64,000 nucleotides of DNA from Dehalococcoidia bacterium (GCA_963555985.3 OY820591.1:1824001-1888000), one strand, 5' to 3'; shown: positions 19,470 through 29,755, numbered from the stretch's first letter. A program made the numbers and translations. The notes: generated by a model not told the origin, from the sequence alone.

Positions 19470-20786
19470 ATGTTCTTACATCGATGGCGTCGTTTCCTTG
19501 TGCTGGCCACCGCGCTGGCCGCAGTCGCGCTGATCTCCGGCGGCTGTGGGCTGTTCGGGGGAGACGACGAGCCCGAACCGCAGGTGGTCGATCCACCGGC
19601 GTCCGCCTCACAGACCGCAACCGAGCAAGCCGAGGAATCGGCTGTGGCGGCTCAAGCCGCTGAGGAACAAGAGGCGCAGCCCGCCGAAGCGGTCGCCGTC
19701 ACCACTGCGCCGAGCGAACAAGAGCAGGAGCAGACGGCTGAGCCGGCTCAAGCCGAAGCAGAAACCGTTGAAGGAGATCCAGATACATATGTGGTGCAGG
19801 CAGGCGACACGCTCGCTGGCATTGCGAATCAGCTTGGCGTCCGGCTTGACGATCTGATCACCCTGAACGGGATTCAGAATCCCGATGTGTTGCAGGTCGG
19901 GCAGGTGCTGCTGATTCCGCGTGACGATGAGGAGGAAGCCACTATCGCTGCCGCGCGTGATACCGACGAGGACTCCGAGGACGCCGCTGATTCTCCTACC
20001 GACGACGAGGACGCGCAGGAGTCCGTTCAGACGCCGGCGGTCGAACTACCGAATGTGGCGGTCCCCGTAGCGACGCCGACCGTCACCTCGGCTCAGCAGT
20101 TCCCTCAACCCGGTATTGACGAGACTCTTGAGGCGATCCCCAACCCACCCTCGAACTTCCTCCAGTATGGCGCGGCGGCGCTGCCCTGGCTGCACGGCGA
20201 GACCGCGATCGATGTGATCATCGAACTCTTCAAAGCCTGGCCGATGCCGGCCTTAGCCGCCGGGCACGACCGTCTCTACCTGATCGATACGGACGCGGAT
20301 GGGATCTTCTCGCTGGCCATCGTCTACACCAATCCGAACTCGTTCGGCGCTGCGGTTCCGTACAGCAACCTCGTCGTCTACGACCCGGTTCCCGGCCGCG
20401 CGGACCGATACCGAATCGCATACGACCACGCCCTGGCTTACGGCCGCGAAGTTCAGGGGCTCGTGCAGTTGGGCGACGCCGATATGACAGGCGACGGCAT
20501 TCGCGACATTTCATTTCGCGAGATCACTTGCAATGAGACCGGCTGCGTGAGCAGCTTCTACGTGCTCAAGTCAGAGGGCGACGGCTACCGCGTGTACACG
20601 GGTCCGGACGCTGTGGTCGCCGATGTGAGCGGGGTGGCGCTGGAGGATCGTTCGGGCGACGGGGCGGCTGACATCGTAGTGGAGGGTCTCGCTACCGATG
20701 AAGTCGAGCCGGCGCGATACCTGTTCACCTTCGTGACCGAGGACGGTGAGCTGCGCGAGGCGTTGCGGGTGGAGGCGGGGGAGTAG
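19470..20786 (+). CDS. LysM-domain lipoprotein with acidic linkers and DxDGD calcium-binding-like motifs
   Basis: Lipobox-like 'ISGGC'; LysM 'YVVQAGDTLAGIA...NGIQNPDVLQVGQVLLIP'; 'DTDADG', 'DMTGDGIRD', 'DRSGDGAAD'. Confidence 0.8.
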   Translation: MFLHRWRRFLVLATALAAVALISGGCGLFGGDDEPEPQVVDPPASASQTATEQAEESAVAAQAAEEQEAQPAEAVAVTTAPSEQEQEQTAEPAQAEAETVEGDPDTYVVQAGDTLAGIANQLGVRLDDLITLNGIQNPDVLQVGQVLLIPRDDEEEATIAAARDTDEDSEDAADSPTDDEDAQESVQTPAVELPNVAVPVATPTVTSAQQFPQPGIDETLEAIPNPPSNFLQYGAAALPWLHGETAIDVIIELFKAWPMPALAAGHDRLYLIDTDADGIFSLAIVYTNPNSFGAAVPYSNLVVYDPVPGRADRYRIAYDHALAYGREVQGLVQLGDADMTGDGIRDISFREITCNETGCVSSFYVLKSEGDGYRVYTGPDAVVADVSGVALEDRSGDGAADIVVEGLATDEVEPARYLFTFVTEDGELREALRVEAGE

Positions 20787-20885
20787 GCGTCACGCTCGCG
20801 GGGCGGTTGGCGGCATTGCCCGCTGTCGGCGACGCGCATAGCGTGAGCGGTTAGAGCGGGAAAACCGGCTAATCGTTGAGGCGGC

Positions 20886-22970
20886 GTGATGTCGCTGGTG
20901 TTGCGTCCGGCGCGGAGGTTTGGGACGAGGCCGGTACGGCTGCTCTGGCGGCTGCCGCTCGTAGGGCGGGTGCGGGTTCCGCGCAATTTGGCTCCGCTGC
21001 TGCTCGCAGTCGCGGTGGGATTGGCGGCAGGACTCGGCGCGGTCGCGCTCCAGGCGCTCGTTGACGGACTGACCCAACTCTTCGACGAACTGGCGGCGTC
21101 GCTCGACAACCTAGCCGGCGGTTGGACGCTGATGCTCGTGCCCGCGATCGCGGCCATCCCGGTTGCGCTCATGGTTGGCCGCTTGTCGGCCGAGTCTCGC
21201 GGCGCAGGCGTGCCCTACGTGATGGTGGCGGTGGAAACAGCGGGCGGCTTCGTGCGCCCGATTGTGGCGCCGATCAAGCTGCTGGCGACGGGCTTCACGC
21301 TCGGCGGCGGCGGCGCAGCCGGACGCGAGGGTCCGATCGTGCTCATCGCCGCCTCGCTTGCCTCCACGATTGGCCGTATCACCCGCCAACCGTCCGACAT
21401 GCTGGTGTTGATGGTCGCAGCGGCAGCGGCCGGCGGGATTGCTGCGACGTTCCATACGCCCATTGCCGGAACGTTCTTCGCGCTTGAGGTCGTGCTGCGC
21501 CGATTCAACGTGCGCAACTTCACGATCGTCGTGGTCAGCGCGGTCGTGGCGAACCTGGTTGCGATTGCGTTCTACGGTGAGAATCCGGGGTTGCAACTGC
21601 CCGACTTTGAACCGGAGACGGGGCTGGAGCTGTTCCTGCACGCCATCGTGGGTGTAAGCGCGGCGATCGCTGGCATCTTGTTTGTGCGGACCCGGTTTTT
21701 CACCGAAGACGTGTTTGATTTCGTCGGTCTCTCGCCCACTGCACGCCCGATCATCGGGCTGCTGCTCGTCGGTGCGCTGGCGTTGATCGAAGGCGGGATC
21801 CTCGGATCGGGCCTCGATCAGATTCGCTCCTTTACGCAGGGCGACCTCGCTGTATCGACTCTTGCCGTGTTGATGGTGCTCAAACTGATCGCCGCATCGC
21901 TGACGATTGGATCGGGAGCGTCCGGCGGAGCGTTCGCGCCTTTGCTGTTCGTCGGTGCGACGCTGGGGGCGCTGATGGGGGCGGGATTCGAGTCGGCGCT
22001 CCCGGAGATGGTGACCTCGATTGGGTCTTATGTCGTAGTCGGCATGGCGGCGGTCTTCGCCGCCGCTGCGCGCGCGCCGATGACTTCGTTGTTCATCGTC
22101 TTCGAGTTGAGCGGATACGCGCTGATCTTACCCCTGATGACTGCGGTGGCGCTGGCGACGGCGCTCGCGCAACTGCTCACACGTGACACGATCTACAACG
22201 TGCGGCTGCGGCGGGCTGGACTCAACGTGAGCGAAGAGCGAGAGCAGAGCGCGCTCGAGAACGTGATCGTCGCGACTACGATGCGCACCGATACTCCAAT
22301 TGTCGCACGAACTGCGTCGATCCGCGACCTCGCCAATGCGATGAGCCAGTCGCGCGGGAACGTGGTAGCGGTAGCCGACCAACACAATCGATTCCTCGGA
22401 CTGGTCAGCGCCACGGATGTCGCGTCGGCGGTGGAACGGGGTGAGTTGGATCGGCTCGCTCGCGACCTCGCGGTTGTGGCTCCAGTCTCCGTGCATCCCG
22501 ACGACAACCTGCAACACGCGCTGTCTCTGCTGGTTGAGCATGATGTGCGTCAGTTGCCGGTCGTTGATCGCGGGGACGAGACGCGGCTGCTGGGGATGTT
22601 GACGCAGCGCGATGTGCTGCGCGAATTGGCTCAACCCACAGACCGGAGCGGAACGCAGACAGCGCCGACGCCGGTGCGGCGTCTGGCCGGCGCGGTCGAG
22701 CTCGAGCTGCGCGTGGAGGCGGGATCGGCGGCCACCGGTTCGACCGTCGCGGGCCTTGCGCTGCCGGAAGCTGCTGTGGTCACGGCGATTCACCGACGGG
22801 GCGAGGTCGTGATCCCGCGCGGAAACGTGATGCTGGAAGCGAACGACCTGGCGGTGATCCTCTGCGACCCGGAGGAGGAGAGCGTGGTGCGCGCCCTGTT
22901 CGTGAGTCGCGGGCAGGGCCGGAGTCAGTGGTGGTTCCTGCCGCACGCGCCGTCGGGGCCGGGGAGTTAG
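20886..22970 (+). CDS. ClC family chloride channel/transporter with CBS pair and TrkA-C domain
   Basis: 'GAGVP', 'GREGP', 'GGAFAP', 'TIY'; CBS 'VRQLPVVD'; TrkA-C 'VVIPRGNVMLEAND'. Confidence 0.92.
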   Translation: MMSLVLRPARRFGTRPVRLLWRLPLVGRVRVPRNLAPLLLAVAVGLAAGLGAVALQALVDGLTQLFDELAASLDNLAGGWTLMLVPAIAAIPVALMVGRLSAESRGAGVPYVMVAVETAGGFVRPIVAPIKLLATGFTLGGGGAAGREGPIVLIAASLASTIGRITRQPSDMLVLMVAAAAAGGIAATFHTPIAGTFFALEVVLRRFNVRNFTIVVVSAVVANLVAIAFYGENPGLQLPDFEPETGLELFLHAIVGVSAAIAGILFVRTRFFTEDVFDFVGLSPTARPIIGLLLVGALALIEGGILGSGLDQIRSFTQGDLAVSTLAVLMVLKLIAASLTIGSGASGGAFAPLLFVGATLGALMGAGFESALPEMVTSIGSYVVVGMAAVFAAAARAPMTSLFIVFELSGYALILPLMTAVALATALAQLLTRDTIYNVRLRRAGLNVSEEREQSALENVIVATTMRTDTPIVARTASIRDLANAMSQSRGNVVAVADQHNRFLGLVSATDVASAVERGELDRLARDLAVVAPVSVHPDDNLQHALSLLVEHDVRQLPVVDRGDETRLLGMLTQRDVLRELAQPTDRSGTQTAPTPVRRLAGAVELELRVEAGSAATGSTVAGLALPEAAVVTAIHRRGEVVIPRGNVMLEANDLAVILCDPEEESVVRALFVSRGQGRSQWWFLPHAPSGPGS

Positions 22971-23000
22971 GTTGGCGCTTGGCGGGCTAGACTTTCGCCT

Positions 23001-23414
23001 ATGCCTCCGCGCAGGTTCACGTTGGCTCAGGCCCGGCGCTCGCTGCCCGCGATTGCGGCAGTGGTGACGGTGATGCGCAAGCGGATGCGGCGGCTGGATG
23101 AGTTGAACGCGATTGTCGCTTCAATGAGTCGGGGGACGTCGACGGACGGATTGCCGGCTGTCGCCGACGACCAGGCGATTCGCGGTGAGATCACGAAGCT
23201 CGAAGGGCAAGTGCGGATGCTGGTGGAGCACATCCAGGAGCAGGGGGTGGAAGTGAAGGATGTGCGCCGGGGCTTGGTCGATTGGGTAGCGGTGCGGGAG
23301 GGCCGGGATGTGTATCTCTGCTGGCAGCCCGGCGAACGGACGGTGATGTGGTGGCATGAGCTTGCGGATGGCTTCGCGGGGCGTCAGCCGATTGTCGTCT
23401 CGGAGTGGGCTTAG
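23001..23414 (+). CDS. DUF2203 family protein
   Basis: '[11 protein letters not shown]', 'GVEVKD...GLVDW', 'VYLCWQPGE...[14 protein letters not shown]'. Confidence 0.88.
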   Translation: MPPRRFTLAQARRSLPAIAAVVTVMRKRMRRLDELNAIVASMSRGTSTDGLPAVADDQAIRGEITKLEGQVRMLVEHIQEQGVEVKDVRRGLVDWVAVREGRDVYLCWQPGERTVMWWHELADGFAGRQPIVVSEWA

Positions 23415-24197
23415 GTGCCGCACCATCGCTCGCTGGCGCCGCCGGTTGATGCGCGCTCGCCCGGAGCGCCGCTGATCCATGCGGAGCTGCGCAGTCACTA
23501 CGACGCGATCTATGACCTCTTGCTGGACGGCAGATCGCCGCGACGCAGCGGGCTTGCACTGGCTGTGGGAGCGGGCGACGGCTCGACGCTGGGTGCGGTC
23601 GCGCGCGGGACCGGGTTGCATGGCGTCGCCCTGGATCGAGCACCCAGCGAGCGTTGGCTGGGCCCGAGCGGCTGGGAAGTGGTGCGGGGCGACGCGGCGC
23701 GTCTGCCGTTTGCGGACGGCGTATTCGGCGCGGCGCTGATGGTGGACGTGTTCGAGTGGCTGCGGCACCCCAGCGCTGCTCTGGCCGAAGCGGGACGGGT
23801 GACGGCCGGGCCAATCGTGGTCGTGCAGACCGACTGGGACGGGCTCTGGTTCGAGTGCGAGGAGGCTGAGACGGGGCGGGAGCTGACGCGGATGTACACG
23901 TCCGGGGCGCCGCTGGGACTGTCCGGAGCGCTCGCAGCCAGCGCAGCCGAGGCCGGGTTGTCGGTGCGGCGGCGGGGCAGCGTCACGCTTCGCGGCGAGC
24001 GCCTCCAGCCGGGAGCGCTGGCCTGGGACATGTTGGGCACGATGCGGCGTTGGTTGGTGATCGAGGCGGCGCGTGTGCGGGCGCGGCGCTTCGACGACTG
24101 GCTTGGGGAACTTCACGCCGCTGCCGCCGAGGGCCACTTTTCAATGTTGCTGCGGCGATTGATCTGGGTGCTTGAGGGAACCGGCGGCAACGGTTGA
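23415..24197 (+). CDS. Class I SAM-dependent methyltransferase (divergent)
   Basis: 'VGAGDG', 'GDAARLPFADGVF', 'QTDWD'. Confidence 0.7.
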   Translation: MPHHRSLAPPVDARSPGAPLIHAELRSHYDAIYDLLLDGRSPRRSGLALAVGAGDGSTLGAVARGTGLHGVALDRAPSERWLGPSGWEVVRGDAARLPFADGVFGAALMVDVFEWLRHPSAALAEAGRVTAGPIVVVQTDWDGLWFECEEAETGRELTRMYTSGAPLGLSGALAASAAEAGLSVRRRGSVTLRGERLQPGALAWDMLGTMRRWLVIEAARVRARRFDDWLGELHAAAAEGHFSMLLRRLIWVLEGTGGNG

Positions 24198-24263
24198 GTG
24201 ATGGTCTCAGCGGGAATCCGATCATCCGCGTTCATCCTCGTGCGCCGAGGCGAGTGAGTCACG

Positions 24264-25148
24264 TTATGTGTGCTCGTCGTGACCGTGATCTTGGTGCGCC
24301 TGCTGGTCGTGGTCGTGCAGGAGTTGGAGATTCTCACCCAGCCGGGTCGAGTGCCGCTCGTTCGCGATCGGGGACTGATCGCTGAGGATGGCCAGCTCCC
24401 GCCCGAAGGTCTGGCGCAGCACGCTCTCGGTGAGCACCTCAGCGGGATCGCCCTGAGCCACGATGGAACCGTCGTCGCGGTTGCAGTTGACGCAGATGAC
24501 CTGGCCGTAGTGCTCGACGACCGACTCCAAGTCATGGGTGCAGACGATGACCGAGACGCCGAACTCGGTGAGGTCGCAGAGGACATCGAAGAGTTGGCTG
24601 TCGGAGACCGCATCGAGCGCGGCAGCGGGTTCGTCGAGCAGGAGGATGCGCGGTTGGCGCGCGAGCGCGCGCGCGATCAGGACGCGCTTGCGCTGTCCGC
24701 CGGAGAGTTCGTGGATCTGACGCTGTTGCAAATCCTGCACGTTCATCATCGCTAACGCGCGGTCAACGGCGACGCGATCTTCGCGCAAGCGGCTGCCGCG
24801 AAAGATGCGCTGGGTCCAGCGAAAGCGGTAGCGGCCCATCTCCACCACCTCCCGAACGGTGACGGGGAAGTTCCAGTCCACATCGGAGGCTTGGGGCATG
24901 TAGCCCAGGAAGGGGCGCGCGCGGCTGGGCGAGAGTCCGTCGATGGCGACGCTGCCGGTGGTGGGGTGGAGGAGACCGGCAATGGTCTTGAGCAGCGTGC
25001 TTTTGCCTGAGCCGTTGCCGCCCACGACGCCGGTGAATGAGCCCGGTGGGATGTGGAGATCGAGATGTTCAAAGACGGGCTGCGAGGGATAGCCCACGGT
25101 GACATCGGAGAAGGTAACGTCGGCGCCTTGAATGGGAGCGAGGGTCAC
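24264..25148 (-). CDS. Metal (Zn/Mn) ABC transporter ATP-binding protein with His-rich tail
   Basis: Walker A 'GGNGSGKST', 'GYMPQ', 'FPVTVREVV', 'LSGGQ', 'LLLDEP'; C-terminus 'HDHDQQAHQDHGHDEH'. Confidence 0.9.
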   Translation of the reverse strand: MTLAPIQGADVTFSDVTVGYPSQPVFEHLDLHIPPGSFTGVVGGNGSGKSTLLKTIAGLLHPTTGSVAIDGLSPSRARPFLGYMPQASDVDWNFPVTVREVVEMGRYRFRWTQRIFRGSRLREDRVAVDRALAMMNVQDLQQRQIHELSGGQRKRVLIARALARQPRILLLDEPAAALDAVSDSQLFDVLCDLTEFGVSVIVCTHDLESVVEHYGQVICVNCNRDDGSIVAQGDPAEVLTESVLRQTFGRELAILSDQSPIANERHSTRLGENLQLLHDHDQQAHQDHGHDEHT

Positions 25149-25219
25149 GCGGAGCCGGCTTTCCAGGATCGGAGCGGGTAGCTAGGGGGATCGTACCAGC
25201 GCGCTGGTAGCGTGTGGGC

Positions 25220-26122
25220 ATGGCGACCACGCTTGTCGATGCGACCGGGACCGAGGTTCGCTTGGAGCAACCGGCGCGAACGGTGGTCTCGCTGGTGCCC
25301 TCGTTCACGGAGATGGTCTGCGCGCTGCGATTGGGTTCGCGTCTGGTTGGCGTGACGCGGTTTTGCGTCGAGCCGGCTGAGGAAGTCGCGCCGATCCGCA
25401 AGATCGGCGGGACGAAGAACCCGGACACCGAACAGATCGTACGGCTTGAGCCGCAGCTGGTGCTGGCCAACCGCGAGGAGAACCGCGAAGAGGATGTGGC
25501 GGCCCTGCGCAAAGCCGGGTTGACGGTCTATGTGGGTGAGGTACGAACGGTTGCAGAGAGCGCCGAGGAGGTTGAGCGGGTGGCGAAGCTGTTGGGCGGC
25601 GTCTCGCTGAAGCTGTCGCAATCGCTGGAGCAGGCGCTGGAGGAGCAGCGGCACCTTGAGCGTTTGCGCCCGCGCGTTCGCGCGGCCTGCCTGATCTGGC
25701 GCAATCCCTACATGGCTGCCGGGGGGCAGACGTATATCGGGGACCTGTTGCGTGTCTGCGGCGGGATCAACGTGTTCGAGGAGCTTGGCGCGGACGGCCG
25801 CTACCCGCGTGTGGGGTTGCGGGAGCTGATCGCCGCCGACCCCGAAGTCGTGCTGCTGCCAAGCGAGCCGTACCGATTTCGGGAGCGTCACGCGCAGGAG
25901 CTGTCGTCGCTGCAAGAGCTGACGGCGGCGCGGGAGGGTCATGTGTACCTCTGCGACGGGCAGGTGCTGACCTGGTGGGGCGTGCGGAGCGGGGAGGCGG
26001 TGGAGTTGGTGGCGGAGTTGCTTGATCGGGCGCGTCCGGCCTGGCGCACTCATGTGGTTGACACGCCCGAACTGCCGCCGGGGTTGCAGTTGGACGTGAG
26101 CCAGCAGGACGTGGTGGAGTAG
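25220..26122 (+). CDS. Helical-backbone metal receptor (BtuF-like binding protein)
   Basis: 'VVSLVPSFTE', 'GVTRFC', 'IGGTKNPD', 'ANREEN', 'LPSEPYRF'; no signal peptide visible. Confidence 0.85.
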   Translation: MATTLVDATGTEVRLEQPARTVVSLVPSFTEMVCALRLGSRLVGVTRFCVEPAEEVAPIRKIGGTKNPDTEQIVRLEPQLVLANREENREEDVAALRKAGLTVYVGEVRTVAESAEEVERVAKLLGGVSLKLSQSLEQALEEQRHLERLRPRVRAACLIWRNPYMAAGGQTYIGDLLRVCGGINVFEELGADGRYPRVGLRELIAADPEVVLLPSEPYRFRERHAQELSSLQELTAAREGHVYLCDGQVLTWWGVRSGEAVELVAELLDRARPAWRTHVVDTPELPPGLQLDVSQQDVVE

Positions 26123-26210
26123 GTTGGCCGGGGTGGATAGTTACCACGTCCCCCTGCTTTTGTTCTGAATTGTCGATCTCCTGTCCTGGCTGGGGAATTG
26201 TCTCTTCGAG

Positions 26211-26257
26211 GTGGTCAATTGTGGATGATTTTGGATGGTCTTGGTCAGTTGGGCTGT
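26211..26257. repeat. 10-bp-phased degenerate tandem repeats
   Basis: gtggtcaatt|gtggatgatt|ttggatggtc|ttggtcagtt, then gttgggctgt, which is also found at 30041-30050. Confidence 0.55.
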
Positions 26258-26444
26258 CCAGTTCTGAGGCGAGCGGTTCGAATTTCGCCTCGATTTCAGC
26301 GGCAGCGTTTGGGCGGAAGGTGCATGGGATCTCTATCGCGTTGATGTACTGTTGTTCCGATTAGATTAGCTGGTATTGAGATGAGTGTGGTGTGTTGGTG
26401 TTGACAGAGGGGTTCTGGAATGGGGCGTTGGGTGCTGGTCACGA

Positions 26445-26477
26445 CGAGATACCCGCGGCAAGCGCGGGTATGACGGA
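26445..26477. repeat. REP-like palindrome family A
   Basis: cgagATACCCGCG-gcaag-CGCGGGTATgacgga; near-identical copy at 33126-33159. Confidence 0.8.
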
Positions 26478-26524
26478 GGTTTTCGGTGGGTGTGACAGTG
26501 TTGTCGGAACTCGGATAGCACTTT

Positions 26525-27343
26525 CTAGAGGGGGCGGCCGGAGTCGAACATCAGGGCGGCGGCGGCGATTTGGGCGGCGAGGACGGCGGCGGTGGTGAGA
26601 TAGAGGAGGCCGGTGGCGGCCATCATGGAGCGGATGCGGGCGGTTGACCAGGCCATCCAGCCGAAGATGAGGGTGAGGCCGAAGCCGATCACGATGCGCA
26701 GCCAGAAGGTCGGGTCGGAGGTAAGGGCCAAATCGCGTCCGCCGAGCGGGGTCTCGACTGAGACGACGAGCGCGACTGCGAAGAACGCGGCCTGGAGCGC
26801 GACGACGATCAGGAATGCGGTCGTCAGCTCGACCAGGGGGCGCGCGGGCAGGCGCGGGGTGACCAAGTACCAGTGCCCGAGCGCGAGTCCGACGGCGGAG
26901 AGCCCGAGCGCCAGCGCGCCGGTGAGCAAGGTCAGGGCCAGCAGCCAGGTTGGCGCTCCGGCAAGCGTGACGGCGGTGAGAGCGAGACCAGCCAGCGCGA
27001 CGCCGCTGATGATCCAGCCGAGCTGCACGGCCTGACGGTCGCGTCCGGTGTAGAGCGCCACATTGTGGAGGATGGAGGCGCCGGTGAGGATCGCGACGAG
27101 CGCTATCAGCGGCGTGCGAGCGTCGGCGTTGATGGCGAATCCCTGGACGACGTCGCCATCGAGCGAGAGCGCTGTCCAGAGCGCCAGGCCGAAGACGACC
27201 GGGAGCATGATCGTGGTGGCGCGCACGAATCCGGGAGTGGACTGGCGGCGCAAGTGGACGGCGTGCATGACCAACGCGCCGCCCGCGCCGAGTTGGAGCA
27301 GGATCAGGAAGATCGAGTAGGGGAGCGCGCCGGATTCGGTCAT
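26525..27343 (-). CDS. Polytopic membrane protein (possibly DmsC/NrfD-like)
   Basis: About 8 hydrophobic helices; 'LGHWYLVTPRL', 'AATGLLYL'; start placed at MTESGALP. Confidence 0.65.
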   Translation of the reverse strand: MTESGALPYSIFLILLQLGAGGALVMHAVHLRRQSTPGFVRATTIMLPVVFGLALWTALSLDGDVVQGFAINADARTPLIALVAILTGASILHNVALYTGRDRQAVQLGWIISGVALAGLALTAVTLAGAPTWLLALTLLTGALALGLSAVGLALGHWYLVTPRLPARPLVELTTAFLIVVALQAAFFAVALVVSVETPLGGRDLALTSDPTFWLRIVIGFGLTLIFGWMAWSTARIRSMMAATGLLYLTTAAVLAAQIAAAALMFDSGRPL

Positions 27344-27360
27344 CGCAGGCGGATCGGAGT

Positions 27361-27573
27361 TCAGCGGCCGAGCTTGAGCAGGAGCACCTCGCGGCGCAGG
27401 CCCTCGTCGCCGATTTCGACCTGGACGTGGAGGACGCGGTAGCGGTCGTCGCGGCCGCCGCGGCGGAAGCGCAAGACATCGCCTTTGGACCAGGGGTAAT
27501 CCGTGTCGAGCGTGTCGAGCAGCGCTTGCTTGCGCTCGCTGAAGTCGTCGGATTCCCAGAACTCGGTGAGCAT
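27361..27573 (-). CDS. Small hypothetical protein (70 aa)
   Basis: Protein-like composition, RBS GGAGAG, directly upstream of the membrane protein. Confidence 0.55.
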   Translation of the reverse strand: MLTEFWESDDFSERKQALLDTLDTDYPWSKGDVLRFRRGGRDDRYRVLHVQVEIGDEGLRREVLLLKLGR

Positions 27574-27674
27574 CGAATCTCTCCCGCGACAGACGTACCG
27601 GTCTATCGTACCGGAGCAGGCGAGATCGGGTGGATTGGCTTGTTATCCTGGGGCTGCACGGAGGGACGCTCGCC

Positions 27675-27959
27675 ATGACTACGGAATCGCCGACTCAGTT
27701 TGAGATCCGCGACGAGCTGGCTGCGATCGCCGGCATCGACAGCGCGGCAGCCGAAGGTCTGCTGCAAGTACTGTTCAAGCACTTGGTGACGCGGGAGCAA
27801 CTGGAGTTGGGACTGGCGGAGCTCCGGGCTGGTCAGCAAGCGCTGGAGACCAGGATGCAGGCGCTGGAGGGCAAGGTAAATCTGCTGTTTGCGCTGTTCT
27901 TCGCGCAGACGGCGGTGTTCGGCGGACTCTTGGGCGCGTTGATCGCTCGGGGCGGTTAG
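27675..27959 (+). CDS. Small coiled-coil protein with C-terminal TM helix (DUF1640/CCDC90-like)
   Basis: 'LVTREQLELGLAELR...LEGKV' followed by a hydrophobic tail; RBS GGAGG. Confidence 0.65.
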   Translation: MTTESPTQFEIRDELAAIAGIDSAAAEGLLQVLFKHLVTREQLELGLAELRAGQQALETRMQALEGKVNLLFALFFAQTAVFGGLLGALIARGG

Positions 27960-28013
27960 GCGGCGTTGCCGGCGGCATAGGCGCGCCAGCCCATCAAGTG
28001 AGCGTGTGGCAGA

Positions 28014-28463
28014 ATGTCGCGCATGGGAGATGGGCGCAGCGGCCGTCGTTGGGTGGTGAAGGCGCTGTATGAGGCGTCGGGGGAGTTGCGTGAGCTGTTG
28101 ATGTCGGGGTTGCGGTCGGGCTCGGCGACGGCTGTGGAGGGAGTGGAGCGGGCCTGGCGGGGGGAGACGATCGCGGCCTGGCAGCTGGCGCACCTGCTGT
28201 TCCAGGAGACTGAGGCGCTGCCGCTGCACGACTTTGAGTGGCTAGAGCAGAGCGGGACGCCGGACGTGTATGAGCAGCTGCGGGAGTTCGGGCATCTGCG
28301 CGAGCAGGTTTGCGGGGTACTGGGGATGATCTCGGAGTGGGAATGGGAGCGGCAGGCCTCGCACCGGTTTCGGGGCGAGCTGAGCGTGGAGTTGATCGCG
28401 CGGGAGGCGCATCAGAGGGATTTGGAGATTCTGGTCGGTCTGCGGCGAGAGGTCGGGGTGTAG
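28014..28463 (+). CDS. DinB-like protein (divergent)
   Basis: 'LREFGHLRE...EWERQASHRFRGELSVE...HQRDLE' matches the DinB_2 C-terminal pattern. Confidence 0.55.
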   Translation: MSRMGDGRSGRRWVVKALYEASGELRELLMSGLRSGSATAVEGVERAWRGETIAAWQLAHLLFQETEALPLHDFEWLEQSGTPDVYEQLREFGHLREQVCGVLGMISEWEWERQASHRFRGELSVELIAREAHQRDLEILVGLRREVGV

Positions 28464-28488
28464 GCGGCGGCGTCTGGACTGAGCTCGC

Positions 28489-29358
28489 TCAGGAGGCGGG
28501 CCAGCCCAGATTGGCGGCGACTTGGGCGGCGGCGCGGGCAAAGTTCATGGTGTAGATGTGGAGGCCGGGGGCGCCGGCCTGGAGCAGGGCTTGGCCGAGT
28601 TGGGAGGCGGTTTCGACGCCGATCTGGCGGCGCTCGGCGGGGGTTTGGGCGCGTTCGAGGCAGGCTCGGAGTTCGGTTGGGAACTCGGTGTTGTTGAGTT
28701 TGGACATGCGCTCGATGCTGGCCACACTGGTGGGGGGCATGAGGCCGGGGATGACCGGGGTGGCGACGCCTCGCTGTTGCAGTTCTTCGAGGAAGCGTTC
28801 GTAGTATTCGGGGCGGTAGAAGAATTGGGTGATGGCGAAGTCGGCTTGGCTGAGCTTGGCGGCCTGGTGCTCGCGGTCGGCTTGGCGGGAGGGGGCCAAG
28901 GGGTGGCCTTCGGGGTGGGCGGCGACGGCGATGTCGAAGTGGGCGCGTTGGCGGATGAATTGGGCGAGCTGGGCGGCGGTGGCGAAAGCTTGGGTGGGTT
29001 GCTCGCCGGCTTCGAGCGCGTGTTGGGGGAGGTCGCCGCGGAGGGCGAGGATGTTGTCGATGCCGTCGGCTCGGTACTGGTCGATGATTTGGTCGATCTC
29101 GCTGCGGGTGTGAGTAACGCAGGTGAGATGGGGCATGGCTTCGACGCGGAGGTCGTTGCGGATGTGGTTGACCCACTCGCGGGTGGGGCCGCGGGTGGCG
29201 CCGCCGGCGCCGTAGGTGACGGACATAAAGTGGGGTTGATGGCGGGCGAGGCGTTGGAGGGTTCGGCGCAGGCGGGCGGCCGCGTCGGGTTCGCGGGGGG
29301 CGGAGAATTCGAAGGAGAGGGTGGGACCCGCCTCGAGCAGGGCGCTGATGCGGGTCAT
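28489..29358 (-). CDS. metF: 5,10-methylenetetrahydrofolate reductase
   Basis: 'SFEF', 'SVTYGAGG', 'PHLTC', 'ILALRGD', 'AITQFFY', 'GLHIYTMN'. Confidence 0.95.
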   Translation of the reverse strand: MTRISALLEAGPTLSFEFSAPREPDAAARLRRTLQRLARHQPHFMSVTYGAGGATRGPTREWVNHIRNDLRVEAMPHLTCVTHTRSEIDQIIDQYRADGIDNILALRGDLPQHALEAGEQPTQAFATAAQLAQFIRQRAHFDIAVAAHPEGHPLAPSRQADREHQAAKLSQADFAITQFFYRPEYYERFLEELQQRGVATPVIPGLMPPTSVASIERMSKLNNTEFPTELRACLERAQTPAERRQIGVETASQLGQALLQAGAPGLHIYTMNFARAAAQVAANLGWPAS

Positions 29359-29371
29359 GTTGTTCCAGCGG

Positions 29372-29755
29372 CTAGATGCAGGAGCGGGCCTGGGCGGCGC
29401 CGGAGTGGTTGGCGGTGTCGAAGCTGGAGCCGCAGGCGCAGGAGTGGGAGGCGTTGGGGTTGCTGATGCTGAAGCCTTGCTTCATGACGTCGTCGATGTA
29501 GTCGACGCGGGAGCCGGCGATGAGGGGCGCGGACTCTTCGTCGACGAGGAAGCGGACGCCGTTCTTCTCGATCACGGCGTCGCCGGTCTCGGCGTCGAGG
29601 GCGAGGGCCATGCCGTACTGGTAGCCGGAGCAGCCGCCGCCGACCACGAAGACGCGGAGTGCGCCCTCGGCGAAGCCTTTGTCGACGAGGAGGGTCTTGG
29701 CCTTCTCGGCGGCGAGGTCGGAGACATCGAGCATTTCGGTGAGTTGGAAGGTCAT
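29372..29755 (-). CDS. HesB/IscA/ErpA Fe-S cluster insertion protein
   Basis: 'GGGCSGYQY', 'NPNA..SCACGSSF'. Confidence 0.93.
   Translation of the reverse strand: MTFQLTEMLDVSDLAAEKAKTLLVDKGFAEGALRVFVVGGGCSGYQYGMALALDAETGDAVIEKNGVRFLVDEESAPLIAGSRVDYIDDVMKQGFSISNPNASHSCACGSSFDTANHSGAAQARSCI

Noticed and set aside
25149-25219. Cobalamin riboswitch ahead of the BtuF-like gene
   Set aside because: The intergenic space is only about 70 bp and has no B12 box
26123-26400. Lower-GC stretch as a gene
   Set aside because: An open minus-strand frame exists but lacks a convincing start or recognisable motif; at most a remnant
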